Below, piece after piece: positions 50,801 through 60,954 of a stretch of 64,000 bases of DNA. The stretch's first letter is position 1; each line of letters begins with the position of its first letter. Below the pieces are notes generated by a model. That model saw only the letters and a list, made by a program, of their open reading frames with translations, did no database searches and was not told the origin of the DNA. The position numbers were made by a program, and so were the translations under genes. The stretch comes from Nitrosopumilaceae archaeon (GTDB lineage Archaea; Thermoproteota; Nitrososphaeria; Nitrososphaerales; Nitrosopumilaceae): positions 32,001-96,000 of the forward strand of contig OZ242365.1 in NCBI GenBank assembly GCA_965208905.1, given 5' to 3'.

Positions 50801-52120
50801 CCCACACTAACACTGAACGGCAAGGCCTTAGTCTACATACTTGTGGAAGATACGTATACCGATGCGGGGGCCACATGTACAGACAGTGTGGACGGCACCC
50901 TGAAACCTGTAGTCCAGAGTAATGTCGATATATCGGGTGCAGGGCAATACACCATACAATACACCTGTCTTGATACTAGAGGCAATGCAGCGCCACCGGT
51001 CAGCCGGATTGTGTCCGTGGATGATGCCACACCACCAGTGCTTTCAATATCTGACGTGTCGGCCGAGGCCACCGGACCGGCGACACCGGTCAACCTCGGC
51101 TTCCCCCTTGTACAGGATGCCTCCGGTGGGCCCTATATTATAACACACAACGCCACCGGTATACCTCAGACAGCCACATCTAGTGTCACCACGCCTCTTG
51201 CCATCGGCACTTATACAATACAATGGAATGCTACAGACATATCTAGCAATACTGGTACGACACACCAGACTGTGTCCGTGGATGATGCCACACCACCAGT
51301 GCTTTCAATATCTAACGTGTCGACCGAGGCCACCGGACCATCAACGCCTGTAGACATTGGATTCCCCACCATACAGGATAATTCTGGCGGTCCTTATACC
51401 ATAACACACAACGCCACCGGAACGCCCCAGACTGCGACCTCTGATGTCACCGTATCTCTTGCCGTCGGCACCCATACAATACAGTGGAATGCTACAGATG
51501 CATCACACAACACCGGTACGACACACCAGACTGTATCTGTTTCAGACACCACGCCGCCCACACTAACACTGAACGGCAAGGCCTCAATCTCCATACCTAT
51601 GGGTAGTACATATACGGATGCGGGAGCCGCATGTACAGACAGTGTGGACGGCACAATAAAGCCCACTCTAAGTGGCAATGTCAACTCATCCATCCGTGAC
51701 ACATATACAGTTACATACACATGTACGGACACGGCAAGAAACAGTGCCTCTCCCGTAACCCGAACAGTTCAAATCGCTCTCCCAACCATTATGCCAACAG
51801 TTTCTATTACTGGAGATACAACAGCAGTGGAGGGAAGCAGTCTGGACTTTGTCATAAGCCTGAATCACCCGTACGCACAGGCTATTGACGTCTATTACAT
51901 TACATTAGATGGAGGGGCGATAGCCGGAAGTGACTATACGTTTGCTCACGATTTTGTAAGATTTAATCCAGGATCGATAGAGCACACGGTCAGTATTGAA
52001 ACCACGGCAGACGACATTTTGGAAGATGAGGAGGAGATGTACTTTGAGATTACCTATGCTGTTGGTGCCAAGATCAGCGAAAAACAATGGGTTGCCACCG
52101 GTACCATATCAGATCCCTAA
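47887..52120 (+). CDS. Large secreted protein: PQQ glucose/sorbosone dehydrogenase propeller, Calx-beta-like and DUF5011/HYR-like repeats (open frame 47930-52120)
   Basis: Signal peptide, GEGGMLG, HDGGRIRFGPD, GLRNPQG, GRIR; repeated DTTPP.L.LNG..YTDAGATC.D.VDG; ATG 47887 out of frame across a G10 tract. Confidence 0.85.
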
Positions 52121-52196
52121 TTTTTATTTGGCCAGCAGGCGCAAAAATTGGTGTTTTGTACATATGAGATGCCCTCAATTGCAGCAAGTTCGGGGC

Positions 52197-52266
52197 ACTT
52201 GATCAGGTCAGCATGGCATCCATGCGTCAAAGCGGTCTTTTGTTTGGAGAAATAGGCATAACCTGA
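52197..52266 (-). repeat. Second, truncated copy of the inner MITE
   Basis: Reverse complement aligns to ~41598-41668. Confidence 0.75.
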
Positions 52267-52288
52267 GGTACTTGATGTATTATGACTA

Positions 52289-53383
52289 TAGTTGGAATCA
52301 TAAATAACCGGACAAACCCGCAAGATCTTAATAGGACGAAATTTTAATCGGTTCCATGACTACAACAGAGATGAAAGACGCGCTAAAACGCGCCAAAAAC
52401 AAGAGTGAGTACGCGCGCATTGCAGCGGTAAACCTGGTATTGAACAAAAACGTCAGTGTTGATACAGTATCTGATGGTTTCTGCGTTAGTCGTGGAACCG
52501 TCTACGCATGGCTTGCAGCATACGACCACAACGGGTTGGACGGCCTCGCTGATGATGTGAGGCCGGGCCGCCCTCCTTTCATACCACACAACAGGTTGAA
52601 GAAGATAATCGGAGATGCCAAACAGTTCACCGCATACAGGTTCGTCAAACTGGTCGAGAAGGTGACTGGTGTAAGATACAGTGAGCCGCACGCGCGCCGT
52701 CTTTTGAGATCTCTTGGCTTCGTGGTCAAGAAGACTCCCCGGATAGCCAACCGCGTTCCGCCAAGGGAGGAGATCGAAATTTGGCAGAAAGACATCAAAA
52801 AGGAGATCAAAGCGCTTGAAAAGGACGGTTTTACTCTGGTAATGGCCGATGAAAGCCACCAGAACGCGAACCTGTTCGGATCCGGAGCCGTCTATATATG
52901 CGGCGATGCCGAACCGATACAGATGCCCCTGGGCAACCAGCGGCAGACCATCTATGGTGGGATAACTCTGGATTGCCAAACTTGCTATATGGCAGCCAAC
53001 AAGGCAAACAATAAGTCGTTTATCGGGTATCTGGACAAGCTGCGGCGCCACTTCAGTAAGGTGGCGGTGGTTATTGACAACACTGCATACCACAATACAA
53101 AACGCGTCCGACGCTACCTTGAGAAGAACAATGATTTCGTCAAACTGATATTTCTACCGCCGTACTCACCGTTCTTGAATCCGGCCGAACATTTGTGGCG
53201 GGAAGGGAAGGCAAGACTGCGCAGGATGTTCCGGCGGCCGGCGAGGAGCTATTTCAGGCGGAAGGTGATACTCGTGTACGAGTCGCTTGAAATAACGTTC
53301 GACCCGCGCAACATTCTGTTCAGGAGTTTAGACAAACTGTATCCGGCATGAAAAGTTTGTCCGATTATTTATGCTCCCAACTA
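52289..53383 (+). mobile_element. IS630-family element, copy B
   Basis: TIRs TAGTTGGAATCATAAATAA / TTATTTATGCTCCCAACTA; TA TSD within palindrome ATGAC-TA-GTCAT. Confidence 0.9.
52356..53351 (+). CDS. IS630 transposase
   Basis: DESH, IDNTAYH, LPPYSPFLNPAE; homologous to 34190-35197. Confidence 0.93.
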   Translation: MTTTEMKDALKRAKNKSEYARIAAVNLVLNKNVSVDTVSDGFCVSRGTVYAWLAAYDHNGLDGLADDVRPGRPPFIPHNRLKKIIGDAKQFTAYRFVKLVEKVTGVRYSEPHARRLLRSLGFVVKKTPRIANRVPPREEIEIWQKDIKKEIKALEKDGFTLVMADESHQNANLFGSGAVYICGDAEPIQMPLGNQRQTIYGGITLDCQTCYMAANKANNKSFIGYLDKLRRHFSKVAVVIDNTAYHNTKRVRRYLEKNNDFVKLIFLPPYSPFLNPAEHLWREGKARLRRMFRRPARSYFRRKVILVYESLEITFDPRNILFRSLDKLYPA

Positions 53384-53551
53384 TAGTCATGTATCAACAC
53401 TGCATGCCCATGTCATGCACGGCCTGCAGTTCATGTCATACTGGTCAGTGAACAATTCTGTGTCATAATTCTGTTCGCATGTAAGTCGAACTTTGGTATG
53501 TAGCACTCAACTCATACTCTACATGCCTCCTGCCAACTCGCGAGCTATTCT

Positions 53552-53770
53552 ATTTGGCACTATTCAAGCCTGGATGATTATATCGAGTACTACAACACTG
53601 ACCGCCTACATTTCTCGCTTGACATAGACAACTATGAAACTCCATTAATGGCATTTCACAAAAAGAAGGCAACTGTTGAAACAAGAAGTCAAAACCCTAC
53701 ATGGATGGAGGATGATATTCGTGACTGACGACCAGAATGTAGCGCGACATGATTTCCGGACGCTACAACA
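53552..53770 (+). pseudogene. IS481-like C-terminal remnant and right end
   Basis: YIEYYNTDRLHFSLDIDNYETP, homologous to 47261-47504; ends CTACAACA. Confidence 0.7.
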
Positions 53771-53814
53771 CTAACACAAAACAAATTTATGGATTGTGTG
53801 ATGGAAAAAAAATT

Positions 53815-54327
53815 GTGGACCTGCGCAGTCTAATATCTGATCATGCCGACTTTCCAAAGAAAGGAATACTCTTTCATGACTTTGCACCCATACTCAAAGA
53901 CCCACAAGCACTATCGTACGTTATAGATGAATTTTCAAACCTATACGATATGAATAATGTGGATGTCATAGTCGGCATAGAGTCCCGCGGTTTCATACTA
54001 GGCGCGGCCATGGCAGTCAGACACCAGAAGGGCTTTACAATGATTCGAAAGGCTGGCAAAACTCCCGGTAGAACCATAAAAACATCATATGAACTAGAGT
54101 ATGGGAGTAGTACCATAGAGATGAGATGCGATGCATTAGACAAGGGTCAGAGGGTTCTGTTGTGTGATGACTTGTTGGCTACCGGCGGTACCATGAAGGC
54201 GGCCGCGGACCTTGTAAACAGCATGGGAGCTATAATATCTGGAATGGCATTTATCATAGAGTTGACTGATTTGAATGGACGAAACACAATAGGAGACTAC
54301 AACATACACAGTCTGGTGAAGTATTAG
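53815..54327 (+). CDS. apt: Adenine phosphoribosyltransferase
   Basis: DFPKKGILF, IESRGF, RKAGK, DDLLATGGT. Confidence 0.95.
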   Translation: MDLRSLISDHADFPKKGILFHDFAPILKDPQALSYVIDEFSNLYDMNNVDVIVGIESRGFILGAAMAVRHQKGFTMIRKAGKTPGRTIKTSYELEYGSSTIEMRCDALDKGQRVLLCDDLLATGGTMKAAADLVNSMGAIISGMAFIIELTDLNGRNTIGDYNIHSLVKY

Positions 54328-55116
54328 ATGAATACAGCAGAGATTGGAATATTTGGCGGTACTGGCATATATGACTCTGATTTACTATCAGATGTACGAC
54401 AGGTGTCAGTACAGACACCATATGGCAGTACGTCTTCAGAGATAACACTAGGTGTTTTTGATGGGATGAATGTAGCATTTCTGCCCCGGCATGGCAAAAA
54501 GCACTCTTTGGCACCTCACATGATAAATTACCGGGCTAATGTATGGGCGTTTAAAGAGCTGGGGGTACAACGTATAATATCCCCATCGGCCGTGGGGAGT
54601 CTAAAGTTGGATATAGAGCCCGGACATTTTGCCATACCGACTCAATTTATAGACAACACAAAGGGACGAAAGACATCATTTACATCCGAAGGCAATGTCA
54701 TACACATATCCGTTGCCGACCCGTTCTGCCCCCAACTACAAAATGTCATATATGATATATCTGATACAATACCAACAAAACTTCACCCTGACTGTACCTA
54801 TGTGTGTATAGAAGGTCCTAGGTTCTCTACAAAGGCAGAATCAAATATGTATCGTACATTGGGCGCCGATATCATTGGAATGACCGTGGTACCCGAAGCT
54901 CAATTGGCCCGCGAGGCTCAAATGTGTTATGTTTCTATATCCATGGTTACCGACTATGATGTCTGGGCAGAGAGACCAGTTACGGCAAAGGAGGTTGCCG
55001 CCACAGTCTCCCAAAACTCTGAGACATTCTCTGCTATGCTAGGTGCACTACTAAATAACATGCCAAAACAGAGAGAGTGCTCATGCGCAGATGCACTACA
55101 AGATGCCACCCTTTAA
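54328..55116 (+). CDS. mtnP: S-methyl-5'-thioadenosine phosphorylase
   Basis: GIFGGTG, PRHG, EGPRFSTKAES, VTDYD. Confidence 0.93.
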   Translation: MNTAEIGIFGGTGIYDSDLLSDVRQVSVQTPYGSTSSEITLGVFDGMNVAFLPRHGKKHSLAPHMINYRANVWAFKELGVQRIISPSAVGSLKLDIEPGHFAIPTQFIDNTKGRKTSFTSEGNVIHISVADPFCPQLQNVIYDISDTIPTKLHPDCTYVCIEGPRFSTKAESNMYRTLGADIIGMTVVPEAQLAREAQMCYVSISMVTDYDVWAERPVTAKEVAATVSQNSETFSAMLGALLNNMPKQRECSCADALQDATL

Positions 55117-55400
55117 CTGTCTGCAAAACTCTCTTTTTGTAGCCCTTCTGGAAGATTGATGTTTCCCTGCACCAAATTATGTTGAAGCGTGTCTATTATG
55201 TTATCTATATCATAACCTAGGGATTTTATCTCTTTGATGGTCTTTTTTGTAAGTTTGGCTCCAATGTTTTGACCTCCAATCCTTCCAAATGCAATGGCAC
55301 TAAACCCAAAAGAGTTACCATCCATCTCAAATCTACCTGTTACCTTGGCGGCCATCTGGCTGCCATCTACCGACTCTACGTACACATCCATATCCGTCAT
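55113..55400 (-). CDS. Hypothetical protein
   Basis: AIAFGRIGGQN; overlap-coupled to neighbour. Confidence 0.7.
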   Translation of the reverse strand: MTDMDVYVESVDGSQMAAKVTGRFEMDGNSFGFSAIAFGRIGGQNIGAKLTKKTIKEIKSLGYDIDNIIDTLQHNLVQGNINLPEGLQKESFADS

Positions 55401-55789
55401 ATCTCTACAGCTTTGTTTACATGATCATCAATTAAAAAACTCCAATAACCCTCCTCGGTCACCTGATAGTTCTCCACTGCTATGTCTACAATCTCGTCAT
55501 CTATGCGTTCGTGCTTTATTATACCATTTTCAGGAAGCCTCACCAGAGACCAACGGTCCTTACCTTTTTGAAGTTTTGATATTAGAACGCCCCACTTTTC
55601 ATCAGGTTCTATATGCGGCATACCCACTATGTCTGCTATGGCCTCTATTCCCAACTGCTTCTCCTCACAGAATCTCTTTTTACAGGCACCACAACGCCAT
55701 ACATCTACAGAGCCTATTGTGCGCTCATTGATGTTTATGTTTACTACTCCAAAGTATACTGGCTGATGTGTGCAGGACTCCGAGTCCAT
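55397..55789 (-). CDS. Hypothetical protein with CxH / CxxC motifs
   Basis: CTHQ..WRCGACKKRFC. Confidence 0.7.
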   Translation of the reverse strand: MDSESCTHQPVYFGVVNININERTIGSVDVWRCGACKKRFCEEKQLGIEAIADIVGMPHIEPDEKWGVLISKLQKGKDRWSLVRLPENGIIKHERIDDEIVDIAVENYQVTEEGYWSFLIDDHVNKAVEI

Positions 55790-55811
55790 GACATTTGCAT
55801 TATTATGATGC

Positions 55812-56177
55812 CTATTTAGTCCTTGCATTATCGTATGACTCCTCTAAGACTACGCCGATATTATCTACTGCTTTGTTGCGCACAAACGGAACGTTTCGCC
55901 TCTCACACTCTCTTCTGTACATATTTACAGCAGTAAATCTAGGATGCATTGCTTCATACTCTGCCTTGCCATACTCTATGAATCCGCCCAGTGATATAAG
56001 AGACTCTGCTGTAGACTGTGCCTCCTGATGGGATGTCTTTAACATCTCTGATATTTTATGCGCATCCATTCTGCCAGTGGTGTTAACCAAGAGGTACACT
56101 CTTGTCTGCATATGATTCAGGCCAACCTCCTGCATCAGAGTTCTCTCCAAATCTTTGATTTTACTATCTGTTGTCAT
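55812..56177 (-). CDS. TrmB-like winged-helix protein
   Basis: GL...QTRVYLL..G.M.A..IS pattern. Confidence 0.65.
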   Translation of the reverse strand: MTTDSKIKDLERTLMQEVGLNHMQTRVYLLVNTTGRMDAHKISEMLKTSHQEAQSTAESLISLGGFIEYGKAEYEAMHPRFTAVNMYRRECERRNVPFVRNKAVDNIGVVLEESYDNARTK

Positions 56178-56382
56178 CTGTTTGTTTCACAAATATCCTT
56201 TTTGCCAATTTATATGCGAGTATCATGGTTGCAAAATGAACTGCTGCCGCTACAATGGCAGGCATAACCATTTCTCCAGTTAGATACCATAATATTAAAA
56301 ATGTCGATACCGATGGAACAGTTATTATCGCTCCTAGTATGGAGCCCCGAACAAATATGTCCCTGGTGGATAACTTTTCCAT
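56164..56382 (-). CDS. Small two-TM membrane protein
   Basis: Start MEKLSTRD, two hydrophobic helices. Confidence 0.65.
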   Translation of the reverse strand: MEKLSTRDIFVRGSILGAIITVPSVSTFLILWYLTGEMVMPAIVAAAVHFATMILAYKLAKRIFVKQTDDNR

Positions 56383-56704
56383 GTTCTCACAATATAAGAT
56401 GCTATAATAAAAACTACCGTTGTATTTAATGGGAATTCTATAGCACATAGAAATCATATTATTGTTAGGTCCAGAACTCCAAAACATGATACTGGGTTTT
56501 AAATAAAGTAGTCTTAACCACAGCTTGGTTATTCTTGCTAGTGTTTGCAATTGTAGCCATAATGGCCCCATCCAATGAACGAAACAATATCTAAAATACA
56601 ACATGTTATGCCACATGAGAGGTATCTAAAGACAACTATATTTTTTAAAGTGGTTTAATCCCTTTCATATACAAAGGCTCGAATCTGTAAATGTATCGTC
56701 TTGT

Positions 56705-58765
56705 TTACTTTCGTTCGAAATCATACGTGGTCTGTGCAGTGTTTGTTCCGTCCTCAACTATTATGGTGTATATGCCTGATGTTTTGATTGTCCAGGGCAG
56801 TATTCCTGTGCCATCTGTAGTGATGTATGACCTTGATGGCCCGTCTATGAGGGTGTCCCCAGCAAGTATTCTCACAGTCACCTGCGAGCCACTTGCGCCA
56901 CTTACCACAATGGATGTATCCTGACCAACAGTCCTGATATTTACAGAGAGGTTATTCTGTTGCGCATCATCTACGATAACACTAATTATATCTGATGTCT
57001 GTCCGCTGGACATTTTGATGGTCCAGTCTCCGTTTATGGCATTTAGCGGTATGCGAACCTGTCTCTCTGATACTAGACCTGTTCTATCTGAGAAGGTATC
57101 TATCGTCTGCACTATGTCGCCATTCGGATCCAACAATGTAATCCTGATTATGACATTGGGTGTGACCGTACCAAGTATCTGTACCTGCTCGCCCGGAGAG
57201 TATCTATCCTTTATGGTGTCTATCTTTATCTCTGATGCGCTCATGGAGAGACCGACACCAAATCTGTAGCTGGTCTGGGCAGTCCCCTTCTGTGCTATTG
57301 CTGTATATACGCCGGTGGAAAAGTTCTGTATACTCATTTCGTATACTGCCCTGCCGTTGCTTTGCAGCTCTATGGTGTCTCTGAACACGATGGTGTCGGT
57401 GGGGTCGGTCACCAAAAATGTAACCATCTCATTTGGCATACTCTCGATTGTAACTTTGGGTCTGTCAGAATGAAGATAGTTGGACTGATCAAACGTTATA
57501 CGGACGGGCACTTCTACCTCGCTACCTAGACCGGCATATGTGACATGACGCTCTGAGCCCTGTGTGAGTATCAACGTGTATGTTCCCAACAGTGAGTTTG
57601 TCTGTGTCGGGTACTCCCACTGTATTGTACCATCAGCGCCCACCTGTATGGTATCTATTGCAACGTCATTGCCGTTGGGACCCTGTAGTATCAATGATAC
57701 ATCAACATTTGGTGCAACTTCGCCCTCAAACCGTAACGTCTGGCCGGACTCAAAGACTGAACGTACGGCTTTCACTAAAATCTGTGTGTCTGACTCAACA
57801 GTCCATGTACGACTAATGATGCTACTTCCATCAGTTATCTCTATGGTGTATTCGCCAAAGTCCGAGCTCAGAGGTATTACCATACTATCGCTTAAACTCC
57901 ACAGGCCATCCGAACTTATGCTTACGGGCACACTACTTACAGCTTCTCCCTGCGGATTGATTAGTGTGGCTTTGATAGTTGTACCCGTGGGACCAGTTCC
58001 CGATATGTCTACGAAATCCCCAATACGATGTGTATCCTTGATGGATGTTATGGCTAGTGTGGTGTCTATGCTTGTATCCGGCGCAGCCTCCAACCTTAAA
58101 CTCAACGGAATTGACTCATTACCGATCTCGTCGGTTATTACAAACTCAATTCTGTCCTTCAGGTTTTCTGGGAGCGTCAATGTTGTAACAAAGCCCCCAC
58201 TCGAATCTGTCATGAACGAGCTCATCTTGATATCTTGTATGAACAACTCTAGATTGTGATTGGGTACAAAGTCGACCCCCACCACACGTATGGTGGCACC
58301 AACTATGGGTTTTGATGGTATAGTATAGAATGTAGACTCTGAAAGTATGCCATCTGAACTTGTCGACGTAACTTCGGGTGGCTCCTGAGGCGTTTCATCT
58401 AATGTCTCATGCCGTATTATCCAGCCTTGCTCAAGTATGTCATCCCCACTAGCCATTAGCCAGGCTAATTGAGCGCCCTCTCCCTGAAACTTTAATCCAA
58501 CCTTTACGGTTTGGTTAGGCTCAAGCATACCGTTTATCATTTGAAGTGTCTGCTCATCGGATACGACCCTCCAACCAGGCTCTGCTACATATGACTGTAT
58601 ATTATGATCAGTTGTAAACCATATTGCAATGCGGTCTATATCAGTATCATATATGTTGGTGAACTCTGTTAGTATACTGTTGTCTAGAATTGATACATCT
58701 GTCTGTGCATAGACATTTGCCACCGCAATAACACACAGTGCCGATATGACTACACCTAGTATCAT
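56705..58765 (-). CDS. Secreted Ig-like repeat surface protein
   Basis: Signal peptide; repeated P.G, G.YT beta-sandwich motifs; acidic and Thr-rich. Confidence 0.75.
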   Translation of the reverse strand: MILGVVISALCVIAVANVYAQTDVSILDNSILTEFTNIYDTDIDRIAIWFTTDHNIQSYVAEPGWRVVSDEQTLQMINGMLEPNQTVKVGLKFQGEGAQLAWLMASGDDILEQGWIIRHETLDETPQEPPEVTSTSSDGILSESTFYTIPSKPIVGATIRVVGVDFVPNHNLELFIQDIKMSSFMTDSSGGFVTTLTLPENLKDRIEFVITDEIGNESIPLSLRLEAAPDTSIDTTLAITSIKDTHRIGDFVDISGTGPTGTTIKATLINPQGEAVSSVPVSISSDGLWSLSDSMVIPLSSDFGEYTIEITDGSSIISRTWTVESDTQILVKAVRSVFESGQTLRFEGEVAPNVDVSLILQGPNGNDVAIDTIQVGADGTIQWEYPTQTNSLLGTYTLILTQGSERHVTYAGLGSEVEVPVRITFDQSNYLHSDRPKVTIESMPNEMVTFLVTDPTDTIVFRDTIELQSNGRAVYEMSIQNFSTGVYTAIAQKGTAQTSYRFGVGLSMSASEIKIDTIKDRYSPGEQVQILGTVTPNVIIRITLLDPNGDIVQTIDTFSDRTGLVSERQVRIPLNAINGDWTIKMSSGQTSDIISVIVDDAQQNNLSVNIRTVGQDTSIVVSGASGSQVTVRILAGDTLIDGPSRSYITTDGTGILPWTIKTSGIYTIIVEDGTNTAQTTYDFERK

Positions 58766-58798
58766 TATATGCTGATGTATAATAATCACAAATAAGTA

Positions 58799-60844
58799 TT
58801 AGTCGCTTTTGTATTGGTTTACGTGCTCTGCTATGGTCCTGTATAGTGACCTAAAGTTGTCCCGTGTCTGACTACTGAGAAAGTCTGTCTGACGGGTGGA
58901 AATCTTGTCGCATATGTAACGAGTTATGTCCAGATGATCAAACTCTCCCCAGTCATCATCGTAATGTTCGCTCCATATCTCTGATAGTGACTTGACTATG
59001 CCGCCATCCCCGTCCACCAAATCAGAGGGTATGTCGGTGTACCTCTTACCTCGAAGCTTGACCTCATATGTCTGGTTTACCGCGTACAGATAGTCATTAC
59101 GGGCAATATAATCCTCTATTGACTCTAGTTTTTTACCATCTCTCTCATAGAATACTGTCTGTATGCTTGAGAATCCATTTTGAGCCAAGGCTGCCGCTAT
59201 GTGACGTGACTCTATTGTGTCGTCTAGCAATATTATTGTCTTGTAGCCATGATCCCTATAGAATATGGATAGAGGTAGGACTGCATCCTTTGAGTGACTG
59301 GCCACTACGTTTAGCGGGTTCATGGATATGCTGGGATCTTGAACAAACTTATCAAATGCATTCAGATACATCGCATCAGACATGGTTTCCACTATGACTA
59401 CGGGTCGGGAGTTGGTACCAATACTTGTGTCTGTTATGGACTGAACCAAACCCCGTGACAAACCATACAGTATTGGTGTCAATGTCTTACTGTCTGCATT
59501 CCAATAGTCATAGAAGATTCTACTAAGGTGTCGCCGTCTGTCCAACTCCACCACTAACAGATTACCTGGATTATAATCAAATATCATAAAGGGTGAGTGT
59601 GTTGCGTATAATACCTGATTTGAACCTGCCAGATCCCTGAGCAAGTCTGCTATGCCCAACTGTTGTGTCGGGTGCAGATTACGCGCCGGCTCATCAAGTA
59701 GCAGTATGGCCTCTTTTAGCTCTGCACGTTGTGTCTCAGCAGCAAAGTTGACTATAAATGAGAATGTCCACTTGAATCCTTCGGCCCGACGATTCAACAG
59801 TCCTGTATTGGTAATGGTCCCATCATGGTGTACGTCTGATATGACAAGACTCATTATATTTCCCGGATTATATCTCAAATCCACACGTATGGGGTCCCCC
59901 TTCCAGGTGGGATTCAGTCTCTTTGTCAGTCGGTTGCTGGAAGTGTTCAGTATCTTTATGAGTGTGGAGGGACTGTCCTTGAAAGACTCCAAAGCGTCCA
60001 AATCCAGCTCTGCTAAATAGAACAAATTCCTCACAGTCTCTGCCTTGTCGAACTCTTCCACATACTCTATGGCATCCCTTCTCTTTTCTCTTTGATCATC
60101 ACTAAACTCATTGAGATTGATATTTCCATGTATCTTTTTGTAGTCGGAGAAGTAGACAAATCTAGGATGTAACTCTGCACTGATAAAGTTCTCCAATGTC
60201 TTTCTCTGGCTCATGCCTTCCATTATACTCTCAAAACTGTTCTGAGGGCTCTCGTATATTGCAGCCCACTCTTTCAAGACCTGATCCTCCCGCATGGCTA
60301 TTGTTCTTATCTGCGTATTCAAATGATTAAATCCTGCATCAAACTCCTGTGATGTCTGTGGTTGAGGCGACTCAAGAAAGGTTGAATCTATCTTTTCTCG
60401 TATGTGATTGGGTATGGTACTCAAAAAAGTCTGAACATCATTTACAAAGTTACTCCAAGATCTGGAGTCAGGCTGTATGGTCTCATCAATCTGTACATCT
60501 CCAAAACTATACTGCACTTCTGAAGATTTGTTGGTACGAAAGAGCTTTATCTCTCTTATCTCTGGCATGTCTGGAAAATTTTCTTGTATTATGGTAGTCT
60601 CTGTCTGTGTCAGCTCAAAATTGCCTTCTGCCAGTACTATCTCAGACTTTAACTCCTCGGACATCTCATCACACAAGTCCAGCTCTGAGGCGTGTCCATC
60701 CTTGTTTAGAAGTGTGAGGGCTTCTAGTATTGTGGTCTTGCCACTCTCATTGCGCCCCACAAATGTGGCCAAATCTCCCACTGATATCTCGCCAGAGTCA
60801 TGTATACATCTAAAAGCCCTGATACGGAATTTGCGCAATCGCAT
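58799..60844 (-). CDS. OLD-like ABC ATPase with TOPRIM-like C-terminal domain
   Basis: GRNESGKTT, LLLDEP..LHP, ATHSP; VIVE..SD and ILLDD. Confidence 0.8.
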   Translation of the reverse strand: MRLRKFRIRAFRCIHDSGEISVGDLATFVGRNESGKTTILEALTLLNKDGHASELDLCDEMSEELKSEIVLAEGNFELTQTETTIIQENFPDMPEIREIKLFRTNKSSEVQYSFGDVQIDETIQPDSRSWSNFVNDVQTFLSTIPNHIREKIDSTFLESPQPQTSQEFDAGFNHLNTQIRTIAMREDQVLKEWAAIYESPQNSFESIMEGMSQRKTLENFISAELHPRFVYFSDYKKIHGNINLNEFSDDQREKRRDAIEYVEEFDKAETVRNLFYLAELDLDALESFKDSPSTLIKILNTSSNRLTKRLNPTWKGDPIRVDLRYNPGNIMSLVISDVHHDGTITNTGLLNRRAEGFKWTFSFIVNFAAETQRAELKEAILLLDEPARNLHPTQQLGIADLLRDLAGSNQVLYATHSPFMIFDYNPGNLLVVELDRRRHLSRIFYDYWNADSKTLTPILYGLSRGLVQSITDTSIGTNSRPVVIVETMSDAMYLNAFDKFVQDPSISMNPLNVVASHSKDAVLPLSIFYRDHGYKTIILLDDTIESRHIAAALAQNGFSSIQTVFYERDGKKLESIEDYIARNDYLYAVNQTYEVKLRGKRYTDIPSDLVDGDGGIVKSLSEIWSEHYDDDWGEFDHLDITRYICDKISTRQTDFLSSQTRDNFRSLYRTIAEHVNQYKSD

Positions 60845-60954
60845 TAATGTTTTGTATATATACAGAGCGATTTAATTCCTTCGGGAGTGTGCGCAATCAG
60901 GAGGTCTGTATCCGATAACTAGAACAATAATAACTTACATATTTTATCAATAAA

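Noticed and set aside
58799-60844. Gabija or other defence operon around the OLD-like ATPase
   Set aside because: No helicase or other partner gene adjacent
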